The notes beneath the pieces were generated by a model. That model had not been told where the DNA came from and did no database searches. It saw only the letters and a list, made by a program, of their open reading frames with translations. The position numbers and the translations under genes are program-made. From Camelus ferus (taxonomy: Eukaryota): a DNA stretch of 64,000 nt. The stretch is from contig NC_045712.1 of the NCBI RefSeq assembly GCF_009834535.1, positions 4,278,001 to 4,342,000 of the forward strand, written 5' to 3'. This document shows, in pieces, positions 25,871 through 38,581 of the stretch (positions within the stretch are counted from its first letter, which is position 1; the number at the start of each line of letters is the position of its first letter).

Positions 25871-26600
25871 TGTCTGTTTCCATGTGAGTTCACCTTGTAC
25901 ATTTCTTGTTCATTTTCTCTCTCATAGACAAATGATTTTTCAATTCTTTACTTAAGTAAGACAGTAAGCTTGGAATAAAAGAGACAACAATGATATCATA
26001 CTTCTCAAGGAGGAGGGGGCATGTTACTTTTATGCATTGTTCTTCCCAGCCCACCCAAAAGACCATTCCTTCTCCATAGAATTCCTCCAAGTCTGTGCAG
26101 AGTTGATGGTTCATTACAACTACCTGCCTCTGAGAAACCTTGCTTCTCTTGAAATGAAAAAGAGGAAGTCTATGAGAATGATAACAAATATAGAAAAGAT
26201 TATGGACTGTGTCTCAAAGGAAAATATTCCTTTTATTAGAAACATATTAAAGGGAAGGAAATCAATCTTGTGAGATCATGAAAATCTGGGAGAGTCTAAA
26301 GTTGATTTATTTATTTAAGATTTATACCCAGTCTACTTCCATAAAGGATTCAAGGTGGCGGCAGACTAGGCTAAAATCATTTTCTTGTAATATGTCTCAG
26401 ACTGGAATTAGAAGTTCGTTTTCTAGCAGATGAAGTTAAGCTGATTACAGCAAATGAGGTATTGAAAATCAATACCATAAAACCGTTCCGTTTAGTACCT
26501 GTACAATCATTCCAGGATTATAAGTAATATTTATATTCTCAAACATTGACATTTTCAGGAAATGAGATGCAGAACATTTGCACGGGGCATAGCCACCTGT

Positions 26601-26850
26601 GGTTGCTTGGCTTTGATGATTAAAGCATGTTGCTAATGAGGCCAAGGTCATGGGCTCGCTCCCTACGTAGCTCAATTATCTCTCTTCTGTTCTGCAACTA
26701 TGAATGGAACCGGACTCCTGCAGCAGCTGCTTTACTATGATGTGCAGGGGGTCACTGTAGCTGAGAGACCATTCCTGGGTTATGACATATGCATCCCCAC
26801 TATTGGAAGAGCACCCCCAAGTGTGTAGCTTGTCAGTTGTGTTTTCTATG
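26601..26850 (+). mobile_element. Degenerate tRNA-Ile(AAT)-headed SINE, probably MamSINE1
   Basis: 26601-26674 (ggttgcttggctttgatgattaaagcatgttgctAATgaggccaaggtcatgggctcgctccc) aligns colinearly with tRNA-Ile-AAT. The downstream body resembles MamSINE1 as I recall it. Confidence 0.6.
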
Positions 26851-26959
26851 GAAGAGATCAAGACTCACACAGACAACACACACGCAACATACACACACAC
26901 ATGCGCCACTCTAGGAGAGGCAGGGTGATGCAGAGGAACGGTACATGGAGGAAAATTTT

Positions 26960-27420
26960 TCAACTTTGTGCAGTGAGAGGGAGTTCAGATCAAGGTTGTA
27001 TCAAGTCCCAGCTTTCACATATACTGGCAGCAAGGCCTTGGGTATGTAAATCACCTCATTTTCCAAAAAAAAAAAAAAAAAAAAAAAAGACAATATGTTT
27101 ACCTTGGAGAAATGGGAGAATGGTAAAGGTACAATACATGTATAGTAATTATAAAAGGCACACCAGTGATTTTAAAAAATCATTATTATTTAACCATTAT
27201 GTACTAGGAGTTCTAGTAAATTCTTTATAAGCATTATCTCATTTAATCTTCACAGTTCCTTATGAGGTAGGTGTCATTGTTATCCTTTTTATTCATAGTG
27301 AAAGCAAGATTTAGGGATTCTAAGTAATTTGCCCAGTTCCAGACAATGAGAAGACATCATAACTAATGCCCAGACCTAAGCCAGGCTCACTCCCAAGGCC
27401 ACGTGTTCCTGTACTGTATT
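26960..27420. mobile_element. Two MIRs (+ then -); the first contains an A24 run at 27065-27088
   Basis: caagtcccagctttcac…aaggccttgggtatgtaaatcacctc (+) and cattatctcatttaatcttcacag…tgaggtaggtgtcattgttatcc (-). Confidence 0.7.
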
Positions 27421-28059
27421 ATATTTATGCTGCTTTTCCTAAAATTGACCTGCTGTTATTGTTCTAGTCTTTATTAACTTGGCCTTTAACAATGTGAGCC
27501 ATTCTCTGAGGCAAAAATACAATTTCTTCTCCTGTAGGCTGCCTACTACTTTAACACAAATCCTTTGTTTGGTACCCTTGCAGTCATACTTCAGGAACTT
27601 GCTGGAGTCACATTAGATGGTGTATTCCCTCAGGGACCTACGTGAACATAAATTCCTTACCTCAGGAGATTCTTACGAGGAACATAATGTTGAATATATA
27701 AAGTAAAGCAAATAAGGACCACGGATTACTTTCCTCTCTGTGTATGCATCTGTTTTTACCCCCAGGGGTCCAACAAGATGGATTTCTAAAGCAGATTTGC
27801 AAGGAAGCTGCATAAACTCTATGCCCTGGCTCATTATCCAGCTATACCAGTAACTCAGAATCTCCACTGTTGAAGGCCAAATAAGTTAATGCACTTGATA
27901 GTGTTGAAATATGCTTCTCTTGTTGTAATCTTCCTCTTTTATTTTCTGTGAGAAGAAATTACAGCTTTAGAAAATCTTTCATAGAATGGGAATCTGGAGA
28001 TTACCAAATTGGTAGAATCTGTGCTTGAGATCTACTGCTGGTTAGCTTTTAGAACAAAG

Positions 28060-28300
28060 TTTCAATTTCTGAGACAGTTTGATGAAGTGGAAAGAACATG
28101 AGTGTTGGAGGAAGCTGAGACCTGGGTTTGATTTCTCAACCTACTTCTTACTAGTAATATACAGAAGTGATTAATTTTTGGAACTTCTGCTTTCTTGTCT
28201 GTAAAATAAGGCTAAAAATACCTGATTCTTGGTCTACAGTGACAGTGGTTAGAAGTAATGCAAGTAATATTCTTGCCATGAAGTAACTATTACCTATAGC
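28060..28300 (+). mobile_element. MIR SINE
   Basis: gtggaaagaacatgag…gacctgggtttga…ttttcttgtctgtaaaataagg. Confidence 0.7.
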
Positions 28301-28519
28301 TAGTAGCTATTTTAATGAGGAATTCCTAGAGAAATACTTCTGTTGATTCAGGAGCATGTGGAGATAGAGCCTAGGTTCGTTTTCCAAATTAGTCTTTGAT
28401 TATGTACTGAATTGTAATGGTAGAGGTATCAGCCAGGGTCCAGATGGCATACTCAAAATCAGTTAATTTGAGGAGGGTGTATATACAAAGAGAATATTCA
28501 CAAAGGCGTGGGACAACGC

Positions 28520-29068
28520 AGCTATTGCTACTGCATAATCAAAATACCCCAGAATTTAGTGTTTTAAAACAACTATTTATTTTCTCATAATTCTGTAAGT
28601 TAGCTGTTTAGGCTGGGATATGCTGGGCAGTTCTTCTTCCGGTGTTGTCTGAGATTACACATTTAGCTGCTGTGATCTGGCAGAGTGAATGGGTTTAGAT
28701 GGTCCCAGATGGCCTCATCCATATTTCTGAAGGTCAGTTCTGGTTGTTGGCCGGGCCAGTCTCTCCTTGTGGTCATTCATTGTCAAGGAGCCAAAACAGG
28801 CTTCATCATGTGACGATGTCAGGGTTCCAGGAAGGGAAGGGCAGAAGCTGCAAGATCTCTTGAAGCCAACGCTCTGGAACGAAAATAAAATATATCACTT
28901 ACACTACATTGTCTTGGTCAAAGCAAGGGATTAGTCAGCTCAAATTAACAGGATGGAGAAATAGACTCCACTTTTTCATTGGAGGGGAGACAAAATCATG
29001 TTGCAAAGGGGCATTTATAAAAGAACAGGAGGAATAATTGCAACTATCTCTGCAAGCAATCTAATACA
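28520..29068 (-). mobile_element. MLT1F-like ERVL-MaLR LTR, preceded by a short MLT1G-like fragment at about 28412-28510
   Basis: gctattgctactgcataa…ccccagaatttagtg…ctcataattctgt…ggcagaagctgcaagatctcttgaag…ttggtcaaagcaag…agaaatagactccac. Confidence 0.7.
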
Positions 29069-32000
29069 CCAGCTCTCTTGCCTTAAAGGAAAGAGGGGAG
29101 GAAAGGGTTATAATCCTGAGAGAACAAAAATCACACAGAATCATCTGTCTTCAGAAAAGCAAGGATAGTAGAAGAGAACCAGTCTGAAGGACCTTCCTCC
29201 AATTTCATGCCAATGACCCCTCTTCTCTGAATTTAACTAGAAGACAGAGAAGGAACTCATTAACATAATCCTTGCACATCATCCTCACGGAACAAAGAAA
29301 GGGCAGAAAATGGTGGAGAATGGATCTAGAGTAGCAAGTGAAAGACGACCTACACAGGAAGAGAGGCAGAGTACCATAAAGGATATGGAGCACAGGTTTT
29401 GTGGTTGGCTAAAACTGTTTTGAGTTTCTAGTCTGACATTTATCTACGTGGTATTTGGGCAGCCATTTCTTCTCTCTCAGCATTAGTTTTTTATTTATAA
29501 AACCACTATAAGAAATACATTCCTTTGAAGATTATTGATTATTAGGTTATATATTATAATTATATAATATATAATTAGGTTATATATCTGTTACTTAGCA
29601 CAGTAAACAGGCAGTCATGTGTCAGTAGTCTTTAGAAAAAGTTGATCTATATTGCTTTTGCTAAAGTCAACTTCTTGTGTCTTCCATAGGTTGCCTAGAG
29701 GTTGGGTCTTGATTTCCTGGTTAATTGTTTCATTTCTCTTTTGCATTTTGCCAGAGTAGACACATCCTAACTAGAAGACTCTAGGGCCCATTTCAAGGCT
29801 AACAACCTAGAGACCCCTCCTTTTCTGCTCACTGCCAGGGCTCACATCCATAGACTGAGGGAAAAGATGATTCCCCTGCAATGGAGAGAAAAACTGGGAA
29901 GCCAGGGCTTTCTGTAATCATATTTCTCCAAAACGCTATGTCTTCCATTTACTAGCAGTTTCTCTCCCCAACCCTTCACTCCGCATGAAGTTAAGTGCAT
30001 AATCCCCATGGAGTGGCAAATGCAGACGCAACAACTGGCTAGAGGAATTGGTGTGTGCTGAGACAGAGAGAGAGGAGGCTCTTTCTTGAGAAAATTGGTC
30101 CCTCAGAAGCAGCCTCTTCCCTCTAGTCTATTCAACCTGCATTCTGGTCCCATACACTAATGGTCTAAGCTGTATCTAAGCCACAGATTGACTCTGTGAG
30201 GGTTGAACAGTGAATCAGGAAAGAAAGCCTCAGCACTGAGGATGCAGAGGCACCAAGCCATTTTTGCCTCCTCCAGGGGAACCATGTACACTCCAGGAAT
30301 GACAGAGCTCTTGGGGACTTGGGATATCATCTCATCAAGCATGTCTCCCATGGGTGTGATGGGGTATTATTCAGTACAGGTTTTGTAGGTTTCTTGCATG
30401 TAATGTTTATCATGATAAAATAATTTTGGAAATACTGGATTAGACCAATTAATAAGTTTATTTGCTGCAGGACTTCTAAGATTCTTTATATTGATAAAAT
30501 GCCTTGTGAAACAACAAGGACAGAGTGGTGTTTTTATAATTTACTATGAAAGATTCCTTTTGAGGAAGTGTCTCCTGGATTTAATATTTCACAGATCAAA
30601 TGTGGGGGAATTTTTAAGTAAAAAAACAACAACCAATCTCTCTGCCTCTGTATATTTTTCCCTCTCTCTCTCTCTCTCCCCCTTTTTTTCAGTATTGAGT
30701 CCCAGACGGAAGAATATGAGGTTTCTCAACAAGATGAAGTGAGTTATGGGGCAGATAACCTTGTAATGAATTTTGTGCTATATTGTCATAATGGATTAAA
30801 ATACAAGAAAATTTAAAAATTTTGTGTCTCTTATGCACCAAACTCTACCAGCTTTCTAAATGTAGGACATTTGTTTTAAATTGGACTATTTCTCACAGGG
30901 ATAATTGTGTTTATTCATCCATGGTGTCTCACCTTCTGGCCTCTGGGCCCAATGATGTGTACTTTTTTTTTTCTCTTTCACTTTGACCTACTAAGGTCTT
31001 TAGGAACCATCATCTTCACATGGTGGAACAAATGGCAGGTCAAATGGTGCAACAGTATAATACTAATTAGGCCTGTGTGGCGATTTTAACTCTACCTAGT
31101 CCTTGGTGTACTGTGTGCAATTTTATCCTCTCACCTCTCTGTAGAAGGGACAGTGCAGATAAAACAAAGTTCTTCAAATGTTAAATATTTATTTTCAAGT
31201 AAATACAACCATGAAACAGCAAAGATATAGCTCTGAGCTCTCATGTCCTGATGATTTATTCCAAGGTTTTCCTCTAAATGTGCACTTTATACAGTATGTT
31301 TCATTGAACTTGTCTCATATGATTCTCTATGAAAACGATTTTCTTTGTCAAACAAAATTTGGAAATGATTCATATTATTTAATGTGTGTCCCTCAAAGAA
31401 TCACAGTACACAGTACAATACTGAAAGCTCTGCAAAGTTTTACAATAAAGGAATATAATTAAATTCATTTAATGCAGCTTATTTCAAAAAGGACATAGAA
31501 CCCTATGTTGTATATCACTTGAAAGCAGCATTTTTAACAGAGCAGATTTTAAGATATATTGCTATAAAGCATATAGCAAAGTGTCAATGGAGACTGCAGG
31601 GAGGAAGAAAGGAAATAACATTTGCTGAACAGCTACCCTCTCCTAAGTGATTTACATGCATTGGTTCAGTTAATCATCATGATAGCCTCTTGTGATAGAT
31701 ACTAGTGTGTTTTTTTTACAAGATGAGAATCGGGTTTTGAGAGGTTAAGTGTATGGTTCAGTATCATCCAGCTGGAAAATGATGGAATTGCAAATTGATC
31801 TCTCTTCTTCCTGATTCTAGGAAGTGAATATCCACTCTGATCCTCTCCAAACATTTTTTAAAGATTCTTGCAAATTATTTCAAAGCCTGATTTTCAGGAG
31901 AGCTTCCCCATCTCTCCAATTACACTTGCTACCTAAGCTCATTCTTGTATTGACACACACTTCTCTTATTTCTTTACACGTTCCTAAGTACCTGGTTATC

Positions 32001-32119
32001 CCTTCTTGTCCATTGTGGTTAGTTTTGCTTTCAAGATTTCATATCTAAGTCATAAAGATTTGATGAGCAATCATTAGTAACAATTACAGTTATAAACATT
32101 GCCAGTGTTTTAAAAGAAG

Positions 32120-32121
<2 letters not shown>

Positions 32122-32157
<36 letters not shown>
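32122..32157 (+). repeat. (AC)18 microsatellite
   Basis: Perfect dinucleotide run. Confidence 0.97.
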
Positions 32158-32160
<3 letters not shown>

Positions 32161-32630
32161 CACACTAAAATCCATAATCCACAATCAATTTACAACCTGG
32201 GGATAATGCTGGTAGAACTGCAGTTTCTTTTGAATATTACTGTATGCAGTACATCTTCAGTATCTCATGAAACAGGCTAAATACTAAATAAATACTAAAT
32301 AAATAGTATTTAGAGATACTTTGAAACTGAGTTTATTTCTACTCTTTCATAATCATAAAGATGTGCTATTTTCAAATAATCAAAATGAATGAGGTGATAT
32401 TGCTTTGGCAATGCATATGTGTATGTTTATATATAAAACATACACGTATGCATATATATAATTATATACTCATTTATACTTATGCTGTGTTTGCATATTC
32501 ATCTGTGTGTGTGCATTTTTGAGTTGTTTTTACATTGCCAGTTACATAAAATGGGTTTTCTTGTCAGGCTGTCTGTGTTTTATTACTGACTCTATTCACT
32601 GAATGAGCTTTTCAAGTTTCTTAACCTCGC

Positions 32631-33085
32631 TGTATCTGCTTCCTATAACTGCTGTACAACAAACTTAGTGGGTTATAAAAACACAAAATAGATCTCAATG
32701 GACTAAAATCAAGGTTTTGGCAGGGCTGCATTCCTTCTGGAGGCTCTGGAGGAAAACCTGTTTTCTAGCCTTCTCAGCTCCTAGAGGCTGCCTGCATTCC
32801 TCAGACTGTGTCCCCTTCCATCATCAAAGCCAGAAATGGTCCATCTAATTTTTCTTACATCAGATCACTTTGAATTTGATTCTCTTTGAATAGCTTCCAC
32901 CTATAAGGATCCTTTTGATTACACCGAGCCCGTCTAGATAATGCAAGATAATCTCCCCACACTTCAAGGTTCTTAATTTAATCACACCTTTAAAGTCCCT
33001 TTTGCCATGTAAGGTTCATATTCTTGGGTTCTAGGGATTAACTCTTGGACATCCTTGGAGGGAGGAAGCATTATTCTGTCTACCA
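32631..33085 (-). mobile_element. MLT1C/D ERVL-MaLR solo LTR
   Basis: tgtat…ctgctgtacaac…aaaatcaaggttttggcagggctgcattccttctggaggctct…gataatgcaagataatctcccc…aaagtccctttgccatgtaagg…ttattctgtctacca. Confidence 0.85.
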
Positions 33086-33769
33086 TGTCTACCATACTGA
33101 CTGCTCTAAAACACCCTGTCATCCAAGTGATGGAGCGCACATTTCAGGATCTGTGTTTAAGTGATCTGAGATAACTGAGGCCATGTCTGATATATATTAT
33201 GAGAAGAAAGAGATGAAACTGAATATTTATTTTGTAAAAACATTTTATAACAAAATTATAGAGAAGCAATTAACTGTGTTCTTAATATGTGATTGAACCC
33301 AAAGCAACATGGGTAAATTAGAGAGTGTGTTCTCCTCCTCATAATTCACCAGGAAAGGTTTTTATCTTGCTAATAAGGGTAAGAAGGAGAGGTTTTTTTC
33401 TTTTCTTCTTTGAGGGATTGCAAGTCAGTTTCATCTCATGATGCCAAAAAAAGTTAGTGATAGTTGCCTGTGGCATTGAGTTTAGAAGAATTCTCAAGTT
33501 CAGTAGGAAGGATTGTCTTGGTTATGGGATGATGGAGTTACAGATGTCAGATATTGTCCCTTTTGTTTCACTAAGTTGATTTTAAAAAGTGTAGGTAGAT
33601 GTGAGATAAAAGAGGCATTATAAATATAATTTAGTGAAAAGTTCTCTGATTTCACATTATTTTCTTTTCCATAAAAATGATGACAAAATCTGAGAACTCT
33701 CTGTTGCTTTTAAGGTATAAATAGCATAGCAAAGTTCTAAGTTTTTTTTTTCTTTTTTTTTCTTCGTAA

Positions 33770-34234
33770 TCCTGAATGTTTGTTTAAAAAAACAACTTAT
33801 TATGGTATAATTTCTGTATAGGAAACTACACATATTTCGGATGTATAATTTGATGAATTTTGATAGAGGTATACACCTATGAAACCACTGCCACAGTCAA
33901 GATATCTAATACTTCCATCACTCCCAAGAGATACAAATTTCAAACTCCCAATTTATCCCTTCCTAGCCCCTTTAACCCCTGGTAACCATAAGTCTCTTCT
34001 ATATGTCTGTGAGTCTGTTTCTGTTTTGTAAATAAATTCATTTGAGTCTTTTTTTTTTTAGGTTCCATATATAAGTTATATCAAATGGTATTTTTCTTTC
34101 TCTTTCTGGCTTAATTCAGTTACAGTGATGCTCTCCAGGTCCATCCATGTTGATGCAAATGGCAGTATTTTATTCTATTTTATGGCTGAGTAGTAGTCCA
34201 TTGTGTGCATATATATATATATATTTCACATCTT
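33770..34234 (-). mobile_element. L1 3' end: L1MB-like distal part joined to a cetartiodactyl-type L1 3'UTR
   Basis: Poly-T at about 33742-33763. Sequence ggtaaccataag…tatgtctgtgagtctgtttctgttttgtaaataaattcatttg…ccatccatgttg…tttatggctgagtagt. Confidence 0.8.
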
Positions 34235-34359
34235 AAGTTGAGTTCTGTGATCAGGGCAGTTTTTTATAAAAGTTATCAGTGATGATCATTAACTCATTGA
34301 TTAATTCAATATTTTGTAATTAAATAATTTGCATTTATTTTATTAGATATTTATTCAGA

Positions 34360-34990
34360 TGTATTATTTGTTACTTATTTGTTTCTAAATAAATCTCATT
34401 TACTGAGAGCTTCCCACGTACCAACCCCGTGTTAGATACTGAGGATACAATGATTAAACAGAAACAACAAGGGCACTATACTCATGGATCTTGCAGTTTT
34501 TTGGAAAGTATAGGAATTGACAGAAAAAAAACATGAATGAAAAAGAACTGTAGCTATGATGAATGTTAGGAAACAATGACATTGGTGCAATGGAGGAACA
34601 TAAGAGAGTGGGCTTTCCTTATCACAGTTAATAGAATTAATTATTATATCATTTAATTATTTATTTTTTTACTGCAGCAGACTCACAGTTTGACACAGAT
34701 GATGGCTGAGCCATAAACAAATCAGGAAGTACAGAAATGCCCCACCTGCAATGGCTGCAGAGTATACATAGCAGAGCCTCTGGTCCCACCTGTGTTAGAG
34801 GAAAGGAGCAAGAGTAGATTACTGAGGGCAAAAGGAAATTCCAGGACTAGATAACAGGATATACAAAGGTCCTATGGTGAGATGGGGGCACAGCTCATGG
34901 GTGAAGGGGAATGAAGTTCTATTGTGCTAGAACACTAAAAATCAAGGCTAGAGTAGTAACAGATGAGTTTAAAGAGGTTATTAAAAGGTG
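34360..34990 (-). mobile_element. L2 LINE fragments
   Basis: tactgagagcttcccacgtacca…gttagatactgaggatacaatg…ctcatggatcttgcag, followed by tacaaaggtcctatggtgaga. Confidence 0.6.
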
Positions 34991-37019
34991 AGGTAAATAG
35001 CAGAAGGAGGTAAGGCAGAAAAATTCCTGACAAGAGTGGAAAAACAATATATGGATGAAAAGTATTTATCTAATAAAGGGGATTTCACTGACAGAAAATG
35101 CTTGTCTTACAGTGCTTTTAATTCCTCTAAATGGATCTAATGTTTTTGCTTCTCCCTCTTGCTTTACTGGGGCTCCTGTCTAATACCATGAGAAATACCG
35201 TCTGTCATGTGGAGGTCATGGAGTTGCTCTTCCCACTGTTAAATTGCACATGTGGGAGAAGGAAGATACATTTTCCATAAGCCACATCAGAATTCTAAAA
35301 GTGCTTTCTCAGAAAATCATGGTTTCATTTTAAGTTGGGCTTTTGAGTATCACCAAATGTTATTCTGTCGGCCCATCATGAAGAAATAGGCTTTTGTGGG
35401 CTGTAGAAGGGACCATCTTCAGCAATATTTCTATGGAAAGACTGAATATTCATGTCTCAACAACCAAATGACAGATTTCCTAGGACAATACAATTTATTC
35501 ACAAACTGATGAATGTCTGTACCTTGAAAAGTATCCTATTTCATCCTAGTCGGGAGACTATAGTTTGGAAATGGCTAGCATTATTTTTCACCAAGAACTC
35601 ACACAATTCTTTGATTCTAGAGGTACTGACTACCAAGGCTATAGATGGGTTAAAAGAGTAAAGAGGAATCAATTGAATACAGTAAGTTAAACATTGATCT
35701 TGGTAATGAAAATGTCTAAATCATTTTACCTTTGGATATTAACCTGTCTTCTGGACAAAAGAGGCAATAGTGCTGGAATTTTGTTTGCCTTGAAATATAA
35801 GTTTACAGAAAAGATCTGCTTCTTTAATTATCACAAATCTAACAAAATTGTCTTAAATACAAATTCCAGAAAAATAATTCATGTACAGTCACTTGCCATG
35901 CTATCTTTAAAATGTTTGTTCATCAGCGTGCCTGAGATGAATAGAAGATTCATGTTGACAATAGGCTTTTTTCTTCCTATTCTGAGAAACTCTTTTTGTA
36001 AATGTTAGAAAAAAATTATTGCAGGCCAACTAGAGTATTTAATATTACCGTTCCATAGTCTTGCATTTAGATTCTTTTTGTTCTGAAATATATAGCTGGC
36101 AAAATACATTCAGACCTGTTTTTTTAAAAAAAAAGCAAAACTTTATTGCTTCTCTGCCTCTTTGTCTTCCTTGTGCTCAGCATGGTAAGTGCTGGAGAAT
36201 TCATAGTCCTCAGTTAGCTTGCTACTATGTGAGGGGAGCAGGAAAGTAAAGCAATGGTTGAAAAACCAAGTGCCAAAAATTGTGATAGAGATGTGTGCAA
36301 GGAACTCAGGGGACTGCAGAAGTGCATGCACAGTATGAGGAGGAGGATGGTTCAGGCTGGAAACTTTCTAGGTGGCAGTGGAACTTCCTAGGTGGCACTA
36401 GGGCTGGTTACTGAAGATGCTATTTCCCAGGTAGTCAAAGGAAATAAGGTATTCCATGCAGAGAAAGGAACATAAACAAAGGCTAAAGGAGCAAAAAAAA
36501 ATGTCACAGAACAGCAAATCATTTGGTTCCCCTAAGCTTAGTAATTCAGACTTTGGTAACTTTTTTGGGGAATGAAGCCAAAGAAATAAAGAAAAACTAG
36601 ATGATCTGTTGGTTTCTGAGTTTGGATTTTAGCTTAACCTGAAGAATCTTTCAGGTTTCAATTGGTAATCAATCTTAATAGAATAAAGTACTCTGTAAAT
36701 AGAATTTTCTGGTTAGTTTTGAATTAGTTAATTTTTCTTATGAGCATCTTGGGGTTAAAAAAACATTTTTAAGCTTAGTAAAGTCAAGTTGGTAATCTGA
36801 ATTTACCTATTAATCAAGATCTTGTTGTGGTTACGATTCTTCTTAAAAAACAGCAGGTTTGCATCATTTATACCACATATACTAATAAATGATTCAAGAA
36901 TTTCCTTAGACATGGCAGTAAAGTAGTCTACTTCAGAAGTAACCTCAGAGGTCAAGGCTCACTACTGCCTTTTAATGAAAGAGTTGGAACCCTGAGGAAA
37001 CCTAGAATTTCAATGAAAT

Positions 37020-37380
37020 GCCCCTTTGACTTCTTCACCCAGATCTCTCATAGGTATTTCTAACTTACCATGCCCAGTAAAGAAATCTCGATTTCTCCCT
37101 ACCTTTGTATTCCTAGGTGTGCCCCTTCTCTAGTCTTCTACGTCTGATATAATAATAACAGCAGCAACGAATCAAAGGCATCTCTTACCAGGTTATAGCC
37201 AACCAATTGGTAGTCCTTGACAAGTCTGTTCTCTGCTACCAACTTTGCCTAAGCCATTATTCATCACAGGGACTGTTAGAACCTCTGGTTCTGTTCTTGA
37301 CTCCTGGCAATCCATTTATCACGCAGTAGCCAGAGTAATCTTCTTAAAACATACATAATACTTACAACTTAAAACCTAGC
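37020..37380 (+). mobile_element. L2 LINE fragment
   Basis: cccagatctctcataggtatttctaacttaccatgccc and caatccatttatcacgcagtagccagagtaatcttcttaaaa. Confidence 0.6.
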
Positions 37381-38446
37381 TGGAAGGGAAGTATGTCGAA
37401 GGGAAGAGCCTGCTTCTCAAAGGGACTGTTCTCTCCATTATCTCACTAAGTTAGCACCATACAGGAAGACAGGCCCAGGATTACCCAAGGAAAGCTGGCT
37501 TTACATGACGTTTTCTGACTTTCAAACACTGACAACTATTTCAGTCTTTGAATAAGTAGACACTGATGTCATCTAACCTGTATGTGGCTGGCTTTGACCT
37601 TTGCTGAAGGTTTGTAAACTCTTTAATGCCAAAAGATGACTGAATCTTACAATATGGCCTGAAGAAGCAGCAGCTTAGAAGAGGATGTCATAACTTTGTG
37701 TTATATTTGCCAACTAAAAATTGTCTCCTGGCTGAATATATGGATTTAATATTGTAGCATGACAAGATGATTACATTTCATTATAGTGTATGGTCAAGTG
37801 TATGGACTTCAGTTAATTTCGCTGCAGGGAAAATAGTTACAACTTAGACCTTGGAATGATCCATATGGCTTCTTCACACCTGGGTGTTACTCCTGAGCTG
37901 GACTATACAATTCTGAGAATCATGTTTCTACAGACAAACTTTTAATTATTTTGTCTATTAAAACTCTTACAGGGGAAGTAGAAGAAGCTTTTGTAATACC
38001 CCATTGTATTTTCTATGAAGAACATTGCCCTTAAAATTTTATTTTATAATATTTTTAATTAAAATATTTTATATGCAGACAGAGCTACATCAGTTACATC
38101 ATACTAAAACAATCTACTTCAACGTGGGAGCTTCACTTAAAGACAACATTCTTAGGGTAAACCTTGCCACTTTTGTAGGAGTGATAATGAGATTCTATCA
38201 AACCATTTATGTCCAGAATTTATGCACAGCAGTTTATGCTGTTTGGTAGTTTATTTATTCAGAATTGATTTTTTGGAGTAACTACTGGATTTTAGGCATT
38301 GCTCCGGGTATGGCTGATACAAGGGGGCATAAAAAAATAAAGTCCAGCTCTTCCAGGACACATTTTCTAGAAAAGTGAGACAAGAGGTAACATAACATAA
38401 TATAGTATATAAATATACAATATGATATATGATGTGATATGCTATA

Positions 38447-38581
38447 CAGTTGGCCCTTCCTATCTGCAGAGTAGGCATTCTCGGATACGGAGGACCAATA
38501 GTAAGGAACTTAAGTATCTTGTGCATTTTGGCATCCATGGGGCATCCTGGAACCAATCTTCCTTTAATACTGAGACGATTA
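38447..38581. mobile_element. Short MER2/MER8-like TcMar-Tigger MITE (135 bp)
   Basis: TA|cagttggcccttcctatc…cattttggcatccatggggcatcctggaaccaatc…aatactgagacgatta|TA. TA target duplication present. Confidence 0.75.

Noticed and set aside
26601-26674. Functional tRNA-Ile gene
   Set aside because: Acceptor, D and anticodon stems are mismatched, the A and B boxes are degraded, and the sequence continues into a SINE-like body.
32277-32317. ctaaatact…agtatttag inverted repeat with tandem aaatactaaat duplication
   Set aside because: Short AT-rich slippage product with no sign of a structured RNA.
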